DNA from: a virus | Lineage: Duplodnaviria; Caudoviricetes | IMG/VR virus record: IMGVR_UViG_3300033555_000001 | Span: 224,001-288,000 of that record | DNA: 64,000 bases | Reading direction: 5' to 3' (one strand) | Part shown: positions 17,258 through 26,937 of the stretch, piece after piece | How the letters are laid out: the number at the start of each line of letters is the position of its first letter | How positions within the stretch are numbered: position 1 is the first letter of the stretch | Position numbers and translations under genes: made by a program | Notes under the pieces: model-generated | The model's input: the letters and a program-made list of their open reading frames with translations, nothing else | Database searches by the model: none | Told to the model about the DNA's origin: nothing

Positions 17258-18582
17258 TTTTAATTGTCTTCACGTTCCTAGCCGCCTTTTTAATTGAGGC
17301 GCTGGGTACCGCAACAAGCGTAATCGGATTAAGCGCAATGTTTGGCTCTAATCCTATTATCATTTCGCTTGCCATGGCGCTTGACCTGGGAAAAATCGTA
17401 ACTGTCACGCTGCTATACACATACTGGAGCTCGCTGGGCCGGTTGATGAAGACTTACGCTCTTATTGCTGCCGCTATCACAATGATAATTACCAGTGCTG
17501 GAGCAGCTGCGTATCTGAGCGCTGAGTTCCAGGCCGCCATTCAGGGAACACAAGAGATCTCACTAAAAGTTGACGTTCTGAAAAAGCAACAGCAGAAATA
17601 TGAAGAGCGCAAAAAGCAAATTGACGATCAAATTATAAAGCTTCCAGAAAAAACAACCGTTAATCAGCGCATTAGACTGATCAACGCTTTTAAAGCTGAG
17701 CAAAAAGAGCTGCAAGAGAAAATTAACGAGATCGACAAAACACTGCCAACCATGCAGATCACTCAGATTGGCGCTGAAACAAAAGCCGGTCCTATTGTGT
17801 ACATTGCCAAGGCGTTCAACACTTCTGTTGAGGCCACCGTTAAGTACGTGATCCTCTTGATCATCATTGTATTTGACCCACTGGCTGTGTTCTTGATAGT
17901 TGCTGGTAATTCAATGTTGAGTATCCGCCGAGCAGCAAAAGCGGCGGCTGCGTTAGCCGAGCAGCTCCCTACACCGCAAGAGAGTTTACCCCCTGCACCA
18001 TCGCCCGTTGAGCCGCCGCCCGCAGTACCTGCACCGCAAAATACAGAGCCCGTTGTGCAGGATAAGATTAGTTATGAGACGCTTGATGGTGTTAACGAAG
18101 AATTACGACTGGCCAAGGAAATTAGGAATATTGACTTTGTAGCGCCTGTTGAGACGCCTGTTGAGACGCCTGTTGAGACGCCTGTTGAGACGCCTGTTGA
18201 GACGCCTGTTGAGACGCCTGTTGAGACGCCTGTTGTAAACACTGTGAAGTATCTAAAGGCTTCACGCCCACCTTTAAAAAACACTCTACATAAAATTGTT
18301 TCTAACTATTTGGCAAAGCACCCTAAAGTTAAAAAAGTTTTGCCCATTAAACTAGAAGTAGAGCCTGAAGTAGAGCTGCCAGAGCAATTGTCGCTCATTG
18401 CTGCTCCAGCAACAACAGCGCCAGAATCTGATCGCGAAGAAATCACACTTGATCAGCTTAGGCCAGCTCCTGTAGCGCAGTCATCCTTGACTGACGTGGG
18501 TCCTAATTTAAATGATCCCGTGATCTTTATTACTGACCCGCGCACCGCAGTTTCCTCTAATTACTACAGGAACCTTACTTAA
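17254..18582 (+). CDS. membrane protein with coiled coil and Pro-rich tail
   Basis: Three or four TM segments, coiled coil, IVFDPLAV, low-complexity tail. Confidence 0.75.
   Translation: MILIVFTFLAAFLIEALGTATSVIGLSAMFGSNPIIISLAMALDLGKIVTVTLLYTYWSSLGRLMKTYALIAAAITMIITSAGAAAYLSAEFQAAIQGTQEISLKVDVLKKQQQKYEERKKQIDDQIIKLPEKTTVNQRIRLINAFKAEQKELQEKINEIDKTLPTMQITQIGAETKAGPIVYIAKAFNTSVEATVKYVILLIIIVFDPLAVFLIVAGNSMLSIRRAAKAAAALAEQLPTPQESLPPAPSPVEPPPAVPAPQNTEPVVQDKISYETLDGVNEELRLAKEIRNIDFVAPVETPVETPVETPVETPVETPVETPVETPVVNTVKYLKASRPPLKNTLHKIVSNYLAKHPKVKKVLPIKLEVEPEVELPEQLSLIAAPATTAPESDREEITLDQLRPAPVAQSSLTDVGPNLNDPVIFITDPRTAVSSNYYRNLT
18145..18234 (+). repeat. 12-bp tandem repeat x7.5 encoding PVET
   Basis: CCTGTTGAGACG, seven perfect copies plus a partial. 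Confidence 0.95.
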
Positions 18583-18657
18583 ATTAACCTGACATGCTGC
18601 CGGTAGAATACAATATCTTTTATTTGTATTCTAACGGTAACTCTTGGGAGTTTAAGC

Positions 18658-19572
18658 ATGGCACTTAACAAGCTGTGGTGTGAATCATATCGCCCACGCA
18701 ATTTGGCACAGGTAATTTTTGCCAATGACCGCGAACGTTCTACTTTCCAGGCCATGGTTGATCAGGGCTCAATGCCTAACTTGTTGATTGTTGGCCATCC
18801 TGGCACAGGCAAAACTTCTATTTCCGGTGCGCTCCTCTCTGAATTTAATGTGCTGCGTGAAGACACGCTCAGAATTAACTGCTCAGACGAAAAGATTGAC
18901 GCACTGCGAGACAAAGTTAAAACATTTGCGTACACCATGCCAGCGGGTGCCTTTAAGGTTGTACAGCTTGAGGAAATGGATTACTTATCTCTTGATGCGC
19001 AAGCCTTGCTGCGTGGCCTAATCGAAGAGGTAAGCTTTAGTTGCCGCTTTATTGCCACCGCTAACTACTCCAACAAAATCTTGCCGCCAATCCGGTCGCG
19101 GTTCCAAGAATTTACTTTTAGCTCGCCTAACAGAGATGAAATTCTGATACGCATGGCTGAAATTCTGGAGCAAGAACAAATTACGTTTGAGCTTGACGAC
19201 CTAGAGAAGGTGATCAGCGCCTCCTATCCGGACGTTCGTAAGACTCTACAGCTTTTAGAGCAGGGATCAAAGAGCGGCACGCTGGTGATCACTGGTGGTG
19301 AATCAGCTGCTGATTGGAAGCTTGAACTTTTACCACTGCTTGAAAGCAGCGACTTAAAGGCTGCGCGAACTCTTGTGTGCACTAGCGCCTCAAAAGAAGA
19401 ACTGCAGGACATCTACAGATTTCTGTACGAGAACATTCATCGCGTTCCTAAACTCGCGGACAAACAAGATAGCGCAGTAATCTTAATTGCTCAGTACCAG
19501 TACCAGCACATGTTTGTGGCTGACGTTGAAATTCAAATTGCTGCCTTGTTTATCGAACTCTCGGCACTATAA
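18658..19572 (+). CDS. clamp loader AAA+ subunit (gp44/RFC-like)
   Basis: YRP, GHPGTGKT, LEEMD, FIATANY, IRSRF. Confidence 0.92.
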   Translation: MALNKLWCESYRPRNLAQVIFANDRERSTFQAMVDQGSMPNLLIVGHPGTGKTSISGALLSEFNVLREDTLRINCSDEKIDALRDKVKTFAYTMPAGAFKVVQLEEMDYLSLDAQALLRGLIEEVSFSCRFIATANYSNKILPPIRSRFQEFTFSSPNRDEILIRMAEILEQEQITFELDDLEKVISASYPDVRKTLQLLEQGSKSGTLVITGGESAADWKLELLPLLESSDLKAARTLVCTSASKEELQDIYRFLYENIHRVPKLADKQDSAVILIAQYQYQHMFVADVEIQIAALFIELSAL

Positions 19573-19814
19573 TGGATATTAAAAAAGGTACACAGTTTAG
19601 AATCCTACAACAGACTGATGGCGATCACTCGCGGTTCTTTGTACAGCAGCGGGTGGCTGGCGCATGGGTTACCGCAACAACAGTCAACGAAGAAAACAGC
19701 GTAGTAATTATGTGGTTCCGCGGAATTGACAATGCCAGAAACTACATCGACACTTTTGAAAGCGACCACAACCGCAACAAAAACTTTGTTGTTGAACAGC
19801 GAGTGGTGTTCTAA
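19572..19814 (+). CDS. hypothetical protein
   Basis: ORF coupled on both sides. Confidence 0.7.
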   Translation: MDIKKGTQFRILQQTDGDHSRFFVQQRVAGAWVTATTVNEENSVVIMWFRGIDNARNYIDTFESDHNRNKNFVVEQRVVF

Positions 19815-20332
19815 TGGCCTTTGATAAGAGCACTTTTGATTTGTTTGCGTTTCTTGGGCAGCTTAATAAGCGCAGTTCTACGGCGTACACTGAGCTCAGT
19901 GAAGAGGGCAAAAAAGCAGCCCATCCTCTGGTAGTGATGCGCTGGCTCAGCGGTACCAGCGATGCCGGACAAATTGTACGATTAAACACATTTGCTAACA
20001 GATATGTTTTTAGTCTTGGCAGTCATAAAGAACTCTTGTTTAAACTGCTGGCAGCCTCTTGCACCGGGCGTGGCAGCCGTGCGCAGTGGATTAAAGGCCC
20101 CAGCGGTACCTCAACGCGGCTGGCACTGGACGCCATTACTCAGAAATATGAGTGCTCTAACCGTGAGGCTCAGGACTATCTTGAGCTCTTGGAACCGGCC
20201 GATGTTATAGGATATGCAGAAGAGCTTGGTTGGGAAAAAGAGCAGTGCAAGAAACTATTATTAGAATTGGGCAAGGACGATGACACTCGACCGCGAAGCA
20301 CTAAGAAGGGCAGCAGCAAGCCGAAGAAGTGA
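19814..20332 (+). CDS. clamp loader A subunit (gp62-like)
   Basis: P.VVMRWLS...LN...N..VF.L..H..L pattern; next to the gp44-like gene. Confidence 0.55.
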   Translation: MAFDKSTFDLFAFLGQLNKRSSTAYTELSEEGKKAAHPLVVMRWLSGTSDAGQIVRLNTFANRYVFSLGSHKELLFKLLAASCTGRGSRAQWIKGPSGTSTRLALDAITQKYECSNREAQDYLELLEPADVIGYAEELGWEKEQCKKLLLELGKDDDTRPRSTKKGSSKPKK

Positions 20333-21026
20333 TGGGTCCGCGCCCGCGCCACAGAGCGCGGACTGGCGCTGCGAATATTGTGCGCGCTCGTTTATGACCG
20401 AGAACGGATTTATGGGACACCACTGCCCAGACCAGGAGAGACAGGAAGAAATAAAGTCTCCGCGCGGCCAAGCGGCGTATTCGTACTATGCAGAGTGGAT
20501 GCGTCTTAAGAAACGCTCTGTTCCGGCTCTTGACAGATTTGCCGCCTCAAAGCAGTACACTCCATTTATTAAATTCACGGACTGGGTAGAGCGCACCGCA
20601 ATTCCAAATCCCTTGCAGTTTATTAAAGTCATGGTGGACACTGAGGTGCAACCAGTACTGTGGTGCAGAGACAATACTTTTGCCATGTACCTGCAGTGGT
20701 ACGATACAATGTACCCGCCCACCGAGCAATTTTTAGAAACCTTTGACACGCTTACTGTGTTGGCACTGGATCATGGTGTAGCGCTTGATAAGATATATGA
20801 AACCCTGGGAGCCAAAGAAATTGCGCGTCTGGTAAAGCGCCGGAAATTATCACCGTGGTTGTTAGGTCTGTCGCGCAAATTCTTGACGTGGTTAAGCGCA
20901 CAACCATCAGCCGAAAAAACTATGGTTGGCGATGCAATTAATCTTGGCGCCTATGCTGCAAAGTTCCAGGCCCAAAGCGTGCTGTCTAATGAACTCAGTG
21001 AAGCCTGCAAGGCAATGAATGTTTAA
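20280..21026 (+). CDS. hypothetical protein with C2H2-like zinc finger
   Basis: WRCEYCARSF......HHC. Confidence 0.7.
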   Translation: MTLDREALRRAAASRRSDGSAPAPQSADWRCEYCARSFMTENGFMGHHCPDQERQEEIKSPRGQAAYSYYAEWMRLKKRSVPALDRFAASKQYTPFIKFTDWVERTAIPNPLQFIKVMVDTEVQPVLWCRDNTFAMYLQWYDTMYPPTEQFLETFDTLTVLALDHGVALDKIYETLGAKEIARLVKRRKLSPWLLGLSRKFLTWLSAQPSAEKTMVGDAINLGAYAAKFQAQSVLSNELSEACKAMNV

Positions 21027-21240
21027 TGAACCAATCTTTGCTGGATACCCAGTAAGCACCAAGGTCTTCTATCGTCGGTTGTTTTATATGCTGGCGCTTA
21101 ACATAGTTGCCGTTGAACTAAAAGTGTATGACGTGGTGTTGTGTGACACGGTTGATCCGTTAGAGTTTGACCGGTTTAGAGTTGCAATGCCAGAAATTCA
21201 AGCCAAGGTACAAATCATTAAAAGTAATCGGAGAAATTAA
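21019..21240 (+). CDS. hypothetical protein
   Basis: ORF coupled to neighbours. Confidence 0.65.
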   Translation: MFNEPIFAGYPVSTKVFYRRLFYMLALNIVAVELKVYDVVLCDTVDPLEFDRFRVAMPEIQAKVQIIKSNRRN

Positions 21241-21806
21241 TGGACGTCGATATTGATATTGCGCCCAACTTTAATCGAGCACTGTTTCCATGGGTACGAG
21301 CCAGCGTAGTACGAGATGATATGCTAACACCTCACCCGTGCGGCATGTACCCCCAACGCATACCTCAAGATCCTGTAACTCGGCTGGCTGCTGTGCCGTA
21401 TGATGCGGCCGAGGATCTTGGTTATCTTAAAATTGATTTCTTGCACTTAAATGTTTACTCGCACTTTCAAACCCGAGCGGAAATAGACGAGCTCTTGGCG
21501 CTTGAGCCAGACTGGTCACTGCTCCAGCTGCCGTCTAATCACGAAAAACTATTTCAGCTCTCTAACCACGGTGAACTGCTGCAAAAACTAAAGCCAACCT
21601 CCTTACTTGATCTTGCAGACGTGCTTGCGCTAATCAGACCAGGAAAGAAACAGCTTGTAGCACTGTACCTCAAGGATAAATCAATGGCTCGCACACTGCT
21701 GTGGGCCAGAGACGACAGTGGGTACTCGTTTAAAAAATCGCACGCCCTGGGTTACGCGTATGTTATTTTGTTGCAGTTACACTTAATCGAGCAAAACAGG
21801 TTATAA
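21240..21806 (+). CDS. DNA polymerase III alpha (DnaE)-like fragment 2
   Basis: MDVDID, HPCGMY, GYLKIDFL, ALIRPG, YSFKKSHA..Y. Confidence 0.85.
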   Translation: MDVDIDIAPNFNRALFPWVRASVVRDDMLTPHPCGMYPQRIPQDPVTRLAAVPYDAAEDLGYLKIDFLHLNVYSHFQTRAEIDELLALEPDWSLLQLPSNHEKLFQLSNHGELLQKLKPTSLLDLADVLALIRPGKKQLVALYLKDKSMARTLLWARDDSGYSFKKSHALGYAYVILLQLHLIEQNRL

Positions 21807-21833
21807 TAACTCTTCAAACCTGTAGGAGCTGAT

Positions 21834-22925
21834 ATGTTTTATTCTCACAATCATACTGATGTGCTGCTGTCGATTGTTTATGGCAGCCGGCTGTACGGTA
21901 CTTCTACACCCGTCAGTGACGTTGATTTTAAGTCTATCACGCTGCCAGATTACGAAACACTCATTCTTGGTCAGCCCTTAAAAACTGAGCGCTATCGCTT
22001 TGATTCAGAAGGCCATCAAGTAAGTACAAATATCACGTCTCCTGAGGGTGGCTATGAGAGTGAGCACACTCCAGTGCATAAATTTGTGCAAGACTATTTG
22101 GGTGGCCAGGCGTACGCGGTTGAGTTTGTGCACGCTGTCTTGGGCGGCGCGCATGAACACAATATGGGTGCAGCTGGTACCGAAAGTTATCGACGTAGCC
22201 ATAGGTTCCTAGAATTTTGCCGCACTCTTGCATGTAAATTCCCGCACAAAAATCTGGCTGGCATGACTGGGTTTGCAATGAAGCAAACATTCGATTACGT
22301 GCATCGTGGTCGGAGATTGATCGCAGCAAGAGCAATTCGCACGGCGGTCCAGGATATTCTAAATGCTGTTGGCGCGGTGGTTGCACCAGTCTATTCAAGT
22401 CAACCACAACCAGTTATGCGCCTGAACAGCATGTTTGGTGCAGAGCAAATCATTGATGTGTTAGCAGCCAAAGTTAATCTTGAAATAGGCAGCACTGAAA
22501 CTAATAACACGGTGCTGCGCACACTGAAATTAAATGGTCGGCAATATACCGAAACAACTACAATCAGGGATTTTCTAAATGCGGTTGAAAAATTAATTGA
22601 TCAGTACGGAGAGCGGTCTACTGCCGCAGCTGAAGTTGATGTGGACTGGAAATCCTTGAGTCATGCAGTGCGTGTATATGAGCAGGTAATTGAGCTTGCA
22701 GAGACAGGGTTCATTACATTTCCGCGGCCAAATGCTGATTATTTGCTCAGCATAAAAGAGGGTGCGATTCCGGTAGAGCAAGTAAAAGATCTTTTAATCT
22801 ACCTGGAAGAAGCGTCTACAGCAGCGCTTGAAGCTTCTTCCCTGCCGGAAGTAACCCCAGCGCTGAGAAAAGAAGCCAGCTTAGTCTTGTTCGACTTTCT
22901 TGAACGCGAGTACCACGGCCGCTGA
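21834..22925 (+). CDS. pol-beta-family nucleotidyltransferase (RlaP-like)
   Basis: YGSRLYGTSTPVSDVDFK; WKSLSHAVR...FPRPNADYLL.IK.G helical C-domain. Confidence 0.8.
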   Translation: MFYSHNHTDVLLSIVYGSRLYGTSTPVSDVDFKSITLPDYETLILGQPLKTERYRFDSEGHQVSTNITSPEGGYESEHTPVHKFVQDYLGGQAYAVEFVHAVLGGAHEHNMGAAGTESYRRSHRFLEFCRTLACKFPHKNLAGMTGFAMKQTFDYVHRGRRLIAARAIRTAVQDILNAVGAVVAPVYSSQPQPVMRLNSMFGAEQIIDVLAAKVNLEIGSTETNNTVLRTLKLNGRQYTETTTIRDFLNAVEKLIDQYGERSTAAAEVDVDWKSLSHAVRVYEQVIELAETGFITFPRPNADYLLSIKEGAIPVEQVKDLLIYLEEASTAALEASSLPEVTPALRKEASLVLFDFLEREYHGR

Positions 22926-23348
22926 GCTCTTGGGTTTTACTTCAACACCTGCTGGAACACGTGAAGCCCGCCGTCTGCGCACACGGATTGGGGTGGTAAG
23001 GTCGTATTCAAACGATCGCCCAACCAACCGTGTCACGTACGCTAGGTCAAAAGTCTTATAAATTTTACGGACAGTATCTGTGAGACCCAGTCTTGAGAGT
23101 TCAAACGAGAGTGGGTACTCGTTATTTGATGTTTCCAGCCATTTCTCTGCGACTAAAATAAACGCGCTTAGATCAACACCCTCTTGCTGCGCATAATCCA
23201 GCACATAAGCCGTTATTGAATCCGCGCTGATGTTATCAACAATAACAAGATACTTATCCCGTCTGTGTTCTAGCATGCTGAGCAAATGCAAGTTCCCACG
23301 ATCCGACACGTGTTCGATAATCAGTGAGGGTATTTTTTTCTTACTCAT
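22881..23348 (-). CDS. hypothetical protein
   Basis: 155-aa ORF with AAGGA RBS; TAAATA at 23381-23386 (minus). Confidence 0.75.
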   Translation of the reverse strand: MSKKKIPSLIIEHVSDRGNLHLLSMLEHRRDKYLVIVDNISADSITAYVLDYAQQEGVDLSAFILVAEKWLETSNNEYPLSFELSRLGLTDTVRKIYKTFDLAYVTRLVGRSFEYDLTTPIRVRRRRASRVPAGVEVKPKSSAAVVLAFKKVEQD

Positions 23349-23400
23349 TCTATTCCTTGCAGCTTAGACGCTAGAATTGATATTTACTCGACCCGGCTGG

Positions 23401-23475
23401 CGTTACAAATTCAAAAACACCGTTACAATTTAACTTGTACACTTTCTCAGGATGAGTATATAATTCATCTATCAG
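23401..23475 (+). promoter_or_regulatory. early-type sigma70-like promoter
   Basis: GTTACA x2 upstream, TTGTAC 23435-40, TCAGG in spacer, TATAAT 23459-64. Confidence 0.75.
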
Positions 23476-23489
23476 CTTAAGGAACTAAC

Positions 23490-23747
23490 ATGAACTTTGA
23501 AGACTACAAAAATAATCTGCCATATCCATCTGACAGCACACCTGAATCGTTCATGCATCGCGTGGCATATGATGCTGAGGATTCTAGAATCGTGGCCAAA
23601 TTTAAAGAAGATTTCTTTAACGAGCTTGACATTCAAAACAACCCTAAAAAAGAGCTCTTGTTTTTAACGTGCAATGACCGCGGGCACAGTGGCGGGTACC
23701 GCGGGATCATGAATTGCGGTTATGACTTTGTTGAGCTCATTAAGTAA
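23490..23747 (+). CDS. hypothetical protein
   Basis: AAGGA RBS after the promoter. Confidence 0.75.
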   Translation: MNFEDYKNNLPYPSDSTPESFMHRVAYDAEDSRIVAKFKEDFFNELDIQNNPKKELLFLTCNDRGHSGGYRGIMNCGYDFVELIK

Positions 23748-23768
23748 TTTTACAAGATTGGAGATAAC

Positions 23769-24056
23769 GTGGATAATATCAAACGTGCACGCGTTGAGAA
23801 TGAAAACCAAATACCACACGCTCAACTAAACATTCCGAAGTTGAAACGTGTACTTGCTGACTGGATCAACGTAAATTCAGATACGATTGAAGTTGAAAAC
23901 AAAGGTGACGACGTATATGTTTTTGGCTCTGAACTTGCTACTCTTAGACTGCTTAAGGGTTTCCGGTCAGACCTTCGATGTGGGCAGGGGTTTGGCATGG
24001 CACGCGGTAAATTCTACTTTAAACTTGAGATAGAATTGGCATTAGAACTTTGCTGA
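23769..24056 (+). CDS. hypothetical protein
   Basis: GTG start with GGAG RBS. Confidence 0.7.
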   Translation: MDNIKRARVENENQIPHAQLNIPKLKRVLADWINVNSDTIEVENKGDDVYVFGSELATLRLLKGFRSDLRCGQGFGMARGKFYFKLEIELALELC

Positions 24057-24069
24057 TTTTGAGGATACT

Positions 24070-24261
24070 ATGAACATTTTTAACTTTGGGCATCCCGCAC
24101 AACACCTGGCTTTTTGGAATACCGAACAGTCAAAGATCGACGAGATGGCAGCCAAGTACGACGCCTTGGTTGGCGCAGATCCTGTCAAAAAGCGGCTATT
24201 AGATGACTTGCTTTTCTGGGCTCGTGCTGAAGCAATTAACGATGAACTGTATTCTGATTAA
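24070..24261 (+). CDS. hypothetical protein
   Basis: GAGGA RBS. Confidence 0.7.
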   Translation: MNIFNFGHPAQHLAFWNTEQSKIDEMAAKYDALVGADPVKKRLLDDLLFWARAEAINDELYSD

Positions 24262-24267
24262 GCAGCC

Positions 24268-24334
24268 GTTACACTCTGTTACAATTTAAAATGTACATTT
24301 TCTCAGGTTCAGCATATAATTACTCATCGACTAC
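24268..24334 (+). promoter_or_regulatory. early-type sigma70-like promoter
   Basis: GTTACA x2 (10-bp period), TGTACA 24292-97, 17-bp spacer with TCAGG, TATAAT 24315-20, CATCGACT. Confidence 0.8.
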
Positions 24335-24351
24335 AGAATTGGAGAAATAAA

Positions 24352-24729
24352 ATGCTGACTAAATCAACAGTTCAAGAAATTCAAGCAGATCTTTCCGCAG
24401 CCCTGAAAGCAGTCGCAGAGAAACATAACTTGTCGATGAGCGGTACAAAAATTTCTTACACCAGCACGGACTTTAAGTTAACATGCAGCTTTGGCGACAA
24501 GACCGCCACGGGCGGAGTTGAGGTTGATCCGGTTTTATTTCGTAATTTGCAGCGCAACGGTTTTATGCACGGCCTTGATACTACCATGATTAACCGCGAA
24601 ATCAGTACTCCACAGGGTGTTGGCACAATGCAAGGCTTGCGCGGCGCAAAAGCAGTAATTAAGATCAAGAGCACCGGCAAGTCTTATTTGTTCCCAGCTG
24701 CTTGGGTAGCACGTGAGATGAACAAGTAA
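24352..24729 (+). CDS. hypothetical protein
   Basis: GGAG RBS. Confidence 0.8.
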   Translation: MLTKSTVQEIQADLSAALKAVAEKHNLSMSGTKISYTSTDFKLTCSFGDKTATGGVEVDPVLFRNLQRNGFMHGLDTTMINREISTPQGVGTMQGLRGAKAVIKIKSTGKSYLFPAAWVAREMNK

Positions 24730-24774
24730 ATTTATATCTTATAATCTGCACAACATTTTAATAAGGATTTTAAA

Positions 24775-25365
24775 ATGACTGACGCGACCGTGAAGCTGTT
24801 AACTCCAGCTCTTATTAAAAAAGTAGAGGCCAAGGTAGAGAGTGTGCTTGAGCTGGCTCGCAAAGAATATCCAACGCACACGTTTGAAATGCCGGAAATC
24901 AGGTACGACGTGAAGAACACAGATGGTGGTCTGGCTTATGGCAAGAAGTGGCTAATCAGGCTTAATCTGATCCTGTGTTATGAGAATGAGGAGCACTTCA
25001 TTAACAGCACTGTGCCACACGAGGTCGCGCACCTGGTGGCACGCCGTGTGCACGGCTTCTTCCGTAAGAATCCAGACGGCACAGATCTTACTTGCCAAAA
25101 AACAGGTAAGCTTAAAAAAGTTCGATCACATGGCCCTGAATGGGCAGAGGTTATGAAGCTGTTTAGCTTAGAGCCAGCCCGCTGCCACAGCTATGATGTC
25201 TCATCAATTCAGAAACCGGCTAGAAGCAAGCGCGGTGCCGTTGTTCAGGCAAATGATTTAGGGTTGATGCTGCGCAGATTGCAGAACGGTATCAAGCGCT
25301 TACCAGAAGTCGCCAAAGAAGATTTCCAAGGCTGGCTTGCAGAACATATTGCAACCAATCAGTAA
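24775..25365 (+). CDS. SprT-like zinc metalloprotease
   Basis: GGLAY, IRLN, TVPHEVAHL, HGPEW..VM, CHSY. Confidence 0.88.
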   Translation: MTDATVKLLTPALIKKVEAKVESVLELARKEYPTHTFEMPEIRYDVKNTDGGLAYGKKWLIRLNLILCYENEEHFINSTVPHEVAHLVARRVHGFFRKNPDGTDLTCQKTGKLKKVRSHGPEWAEVMKLFSLEPARCHSYDVSSIQKPARSKRGAVVQANDLGLMLRRLQNGIKRLPEVAKEDFQGWLAEHIATNQ

Positions 25366-25382
25366 CTAAAACAGGAGAACAT

Positions 25383-25571
25383 GTGATGGGTGGAATTGGA
25401 GCAGTAGTTTGGATACTAGTTGGAGCTGTACAAATTGCACCATCGTCGGGATCTGTTGCACCAAGCGCACTGACATTTCTATCGCGCTCGGACTGTGAGG
25501 TGGTGCTGCGAGCAACAGTTGATGTAGCACAATATTCTAAATTAAAGTGCGTTGAGACACGCACACGATAG
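25383..25571 (+). CDS. hypothetical protein
   Basis: AGGAG RBS; hydrophobic N-terminus, F...SDC....C pattern. Confidence 0.6.
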   Translation: MMGGIGAVVWILVGAVQIAPSSGSVAPSALTFLSRSDCEVVLRATVDVAQYSKLKCVETRTR

Positions 25572-25599
25572 CAGCATAGTATATAACCTGGAGATTGTA

Positions 25600-26034
25600 A
25601 TGATTAAGACAGTTATTGCTCTACTGATTTTGTCTGGCTCGGTGCTTGGCAACATCTCTCACGCGGCTCCTGCCACCCCTGTTGCGCCAACTGTAGAGTT
25701 ACTTGGTAGTGAAAAGGTAAATGCTAATCTACAAAATCAAACGCTTAAGTGCACCAGCGTGATTGTGCAAAAGCTGATCACGGTTACCAAACAACCCGTG
25801 CTAAACATTGAAGTAACTATTACTGGATTCTCTGACGTGCGAGAGTTTACAATCAGCGAAACAAAATTCACGCTTGACGGCTATCCTTCTTCAAGCGTCT
25901 GTGCCGCAACAGTTGAAGGTCCACAGCAGGCGCTCATTCAGCTGCAAGATGGTGCACACACGTGGACTGAAAAAGGTGGTTGGGTTTTCAAGCGTCAGGC
26001 ACTACAGCGCCAGCGATCTAAACTTCAGATGTAA
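25600..26034 (+). CDS. putative secreted protein
   Basis: ATG 25600, signal peptide MIKTVIALLILSGSVLGNISHA. Confidence 0.65.
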   Translation: MIKTVIALLILSGSVLGNISHAAPATPVAPTVELLGSEKVNANLQNQTLKCTSVIVQKLITVTKQPVLNIEVTITGFSDVREFTISETKFTLDGYPSSSVCAATVEGPQQALIQLQDGAHTWTEKGGWVFKRQALQRQRSKLQM

Positions 26035-26091
26035 CCGTTACGCTTTAACTTGTACACTTTTCAGGATGAGTATATAATTCATCTATCGACT
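26031..26091 (+). promoter_or_regulatory. early-type sigma70-like promoter
   Basis: GTAACCGTTAC, TTGTAC 26050-55, TCAGG, TATAAT 26073-78, ATCGACT; near copy of the 23435 promoter. Confidence 0.8.
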
Positions 26092-26104
26092 CTAGGAGAA
26101 TAAC

Positions 26105-26380
26105 ATGACTTCAAAGCAAATCAAATTGCAGCTCGAGGCACTCGAGAACAATCATGCTATTATGCAAGATTTACTAGAGCAAATAGAAGCATTAAAGAGT
26201 CGTGTCCCAACCGCGGCACAACAGCTTAAAAATGCTGAAGATGCCAGAGACGCAAAACGCTATCGGATGATCAGAACTGACCGCCCGCAACACTACGCAG
26301 CCGTGCTAACAGATCGAGGCTACAAACAAATGAGCGGAAAGGCGCTAGACGAGGAAGTTGATAAAATGGTAATTTATTAA
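26105..26380 (+). CDS. hypothetical protein
   Basis: AGGAG RBS. Confidence 0.75.
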   Translation: MTSKQIKLQLEALENNHAIMQDLLEQIEALKSRVPTAAQQLKNAEDARDAKRYRMIRTDRPQHYAAVLTDRGYKQMSGKALDEEVDKMVIY

Positions 26381-26430
26381 CCGTTACACTCTTTTCTGCA
26401 CTTTTTCAGGATTACAGGATATAATTATCT
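26381..26430 (+). promoter_or_regulatory. early-type promoter
   Basis: GTTACA, TCAGG, TATAAT 26420-25. Confidence 0.6.
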
Positions 26431-26462
26431 TGTTGATCCTGACACCGCTAAGAAAGGTTAAA

Positions 26463-26663
26463 ATGAACAAGCCCATAGTTTCTTATACTGGAAGTCTAGG
26501 AAGTTACGCACGAGTGCGGCAGCTTGCCTCGGCACCAATTCCATTGTGGGCACAGGATATTCGCCGCGAAGATCCAACGCTAGAAGAAATGCAGCTTGTT
26601 AAAAACCAAGAAGCCGCGGACCTGGCGCTCCGCTCGTCATTTGATTTGAGTGCTTACGTTTAA
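26463..26663 (+). CDS. hypothetical protein
   Basis: ATG 26463 with AAGG RBS (track start 26430). Confidence 0.65.
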   Translation: MNKPIVSYTGSLGSYARVRQLASAPIPLWAQDIRREDPTLEEMQLVKNQEAADLALRSSFDLSAYV

Positions 26664-26670
26664 GGCTAAT

Positions 26671-26919
26671 ATGAAATTCCATAACATTATGTGGATGGGT
26701 TGCCTCTACGCTGGTTATAAAATGTTCGCCGAGGGCTCGGATGGAGAGTGGCTCTTGTGCATGGGATTATTTTTCCTGTTTATGGTTATTGGCATGTTTG
26801 CTAACATGTCGTACGATGACAAAATGAATAAAGACAATCCTGACTGGATTACTTGGCCTCGTGCGCTTGGGATTTACTTTTTATTCAGAATTGTTCTCTG
26901 GCCCTTTACTCGCAAGTAA
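26671..26919 (+). CDS. membrane protein
   Basis: ATG 26671; hydrophobic segments. Confidence 0.65.
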   Translation: MKFHNIMWMGCLYAGYKMFAEGSDGEWLLCMGLFFLFMVIGMFANMSYDDKMNKDNPDWITWPRALGIYFLFRIVLWPFTRK

Positions 26920-26937
26920 CCGTTAAGAGAAAATAAA

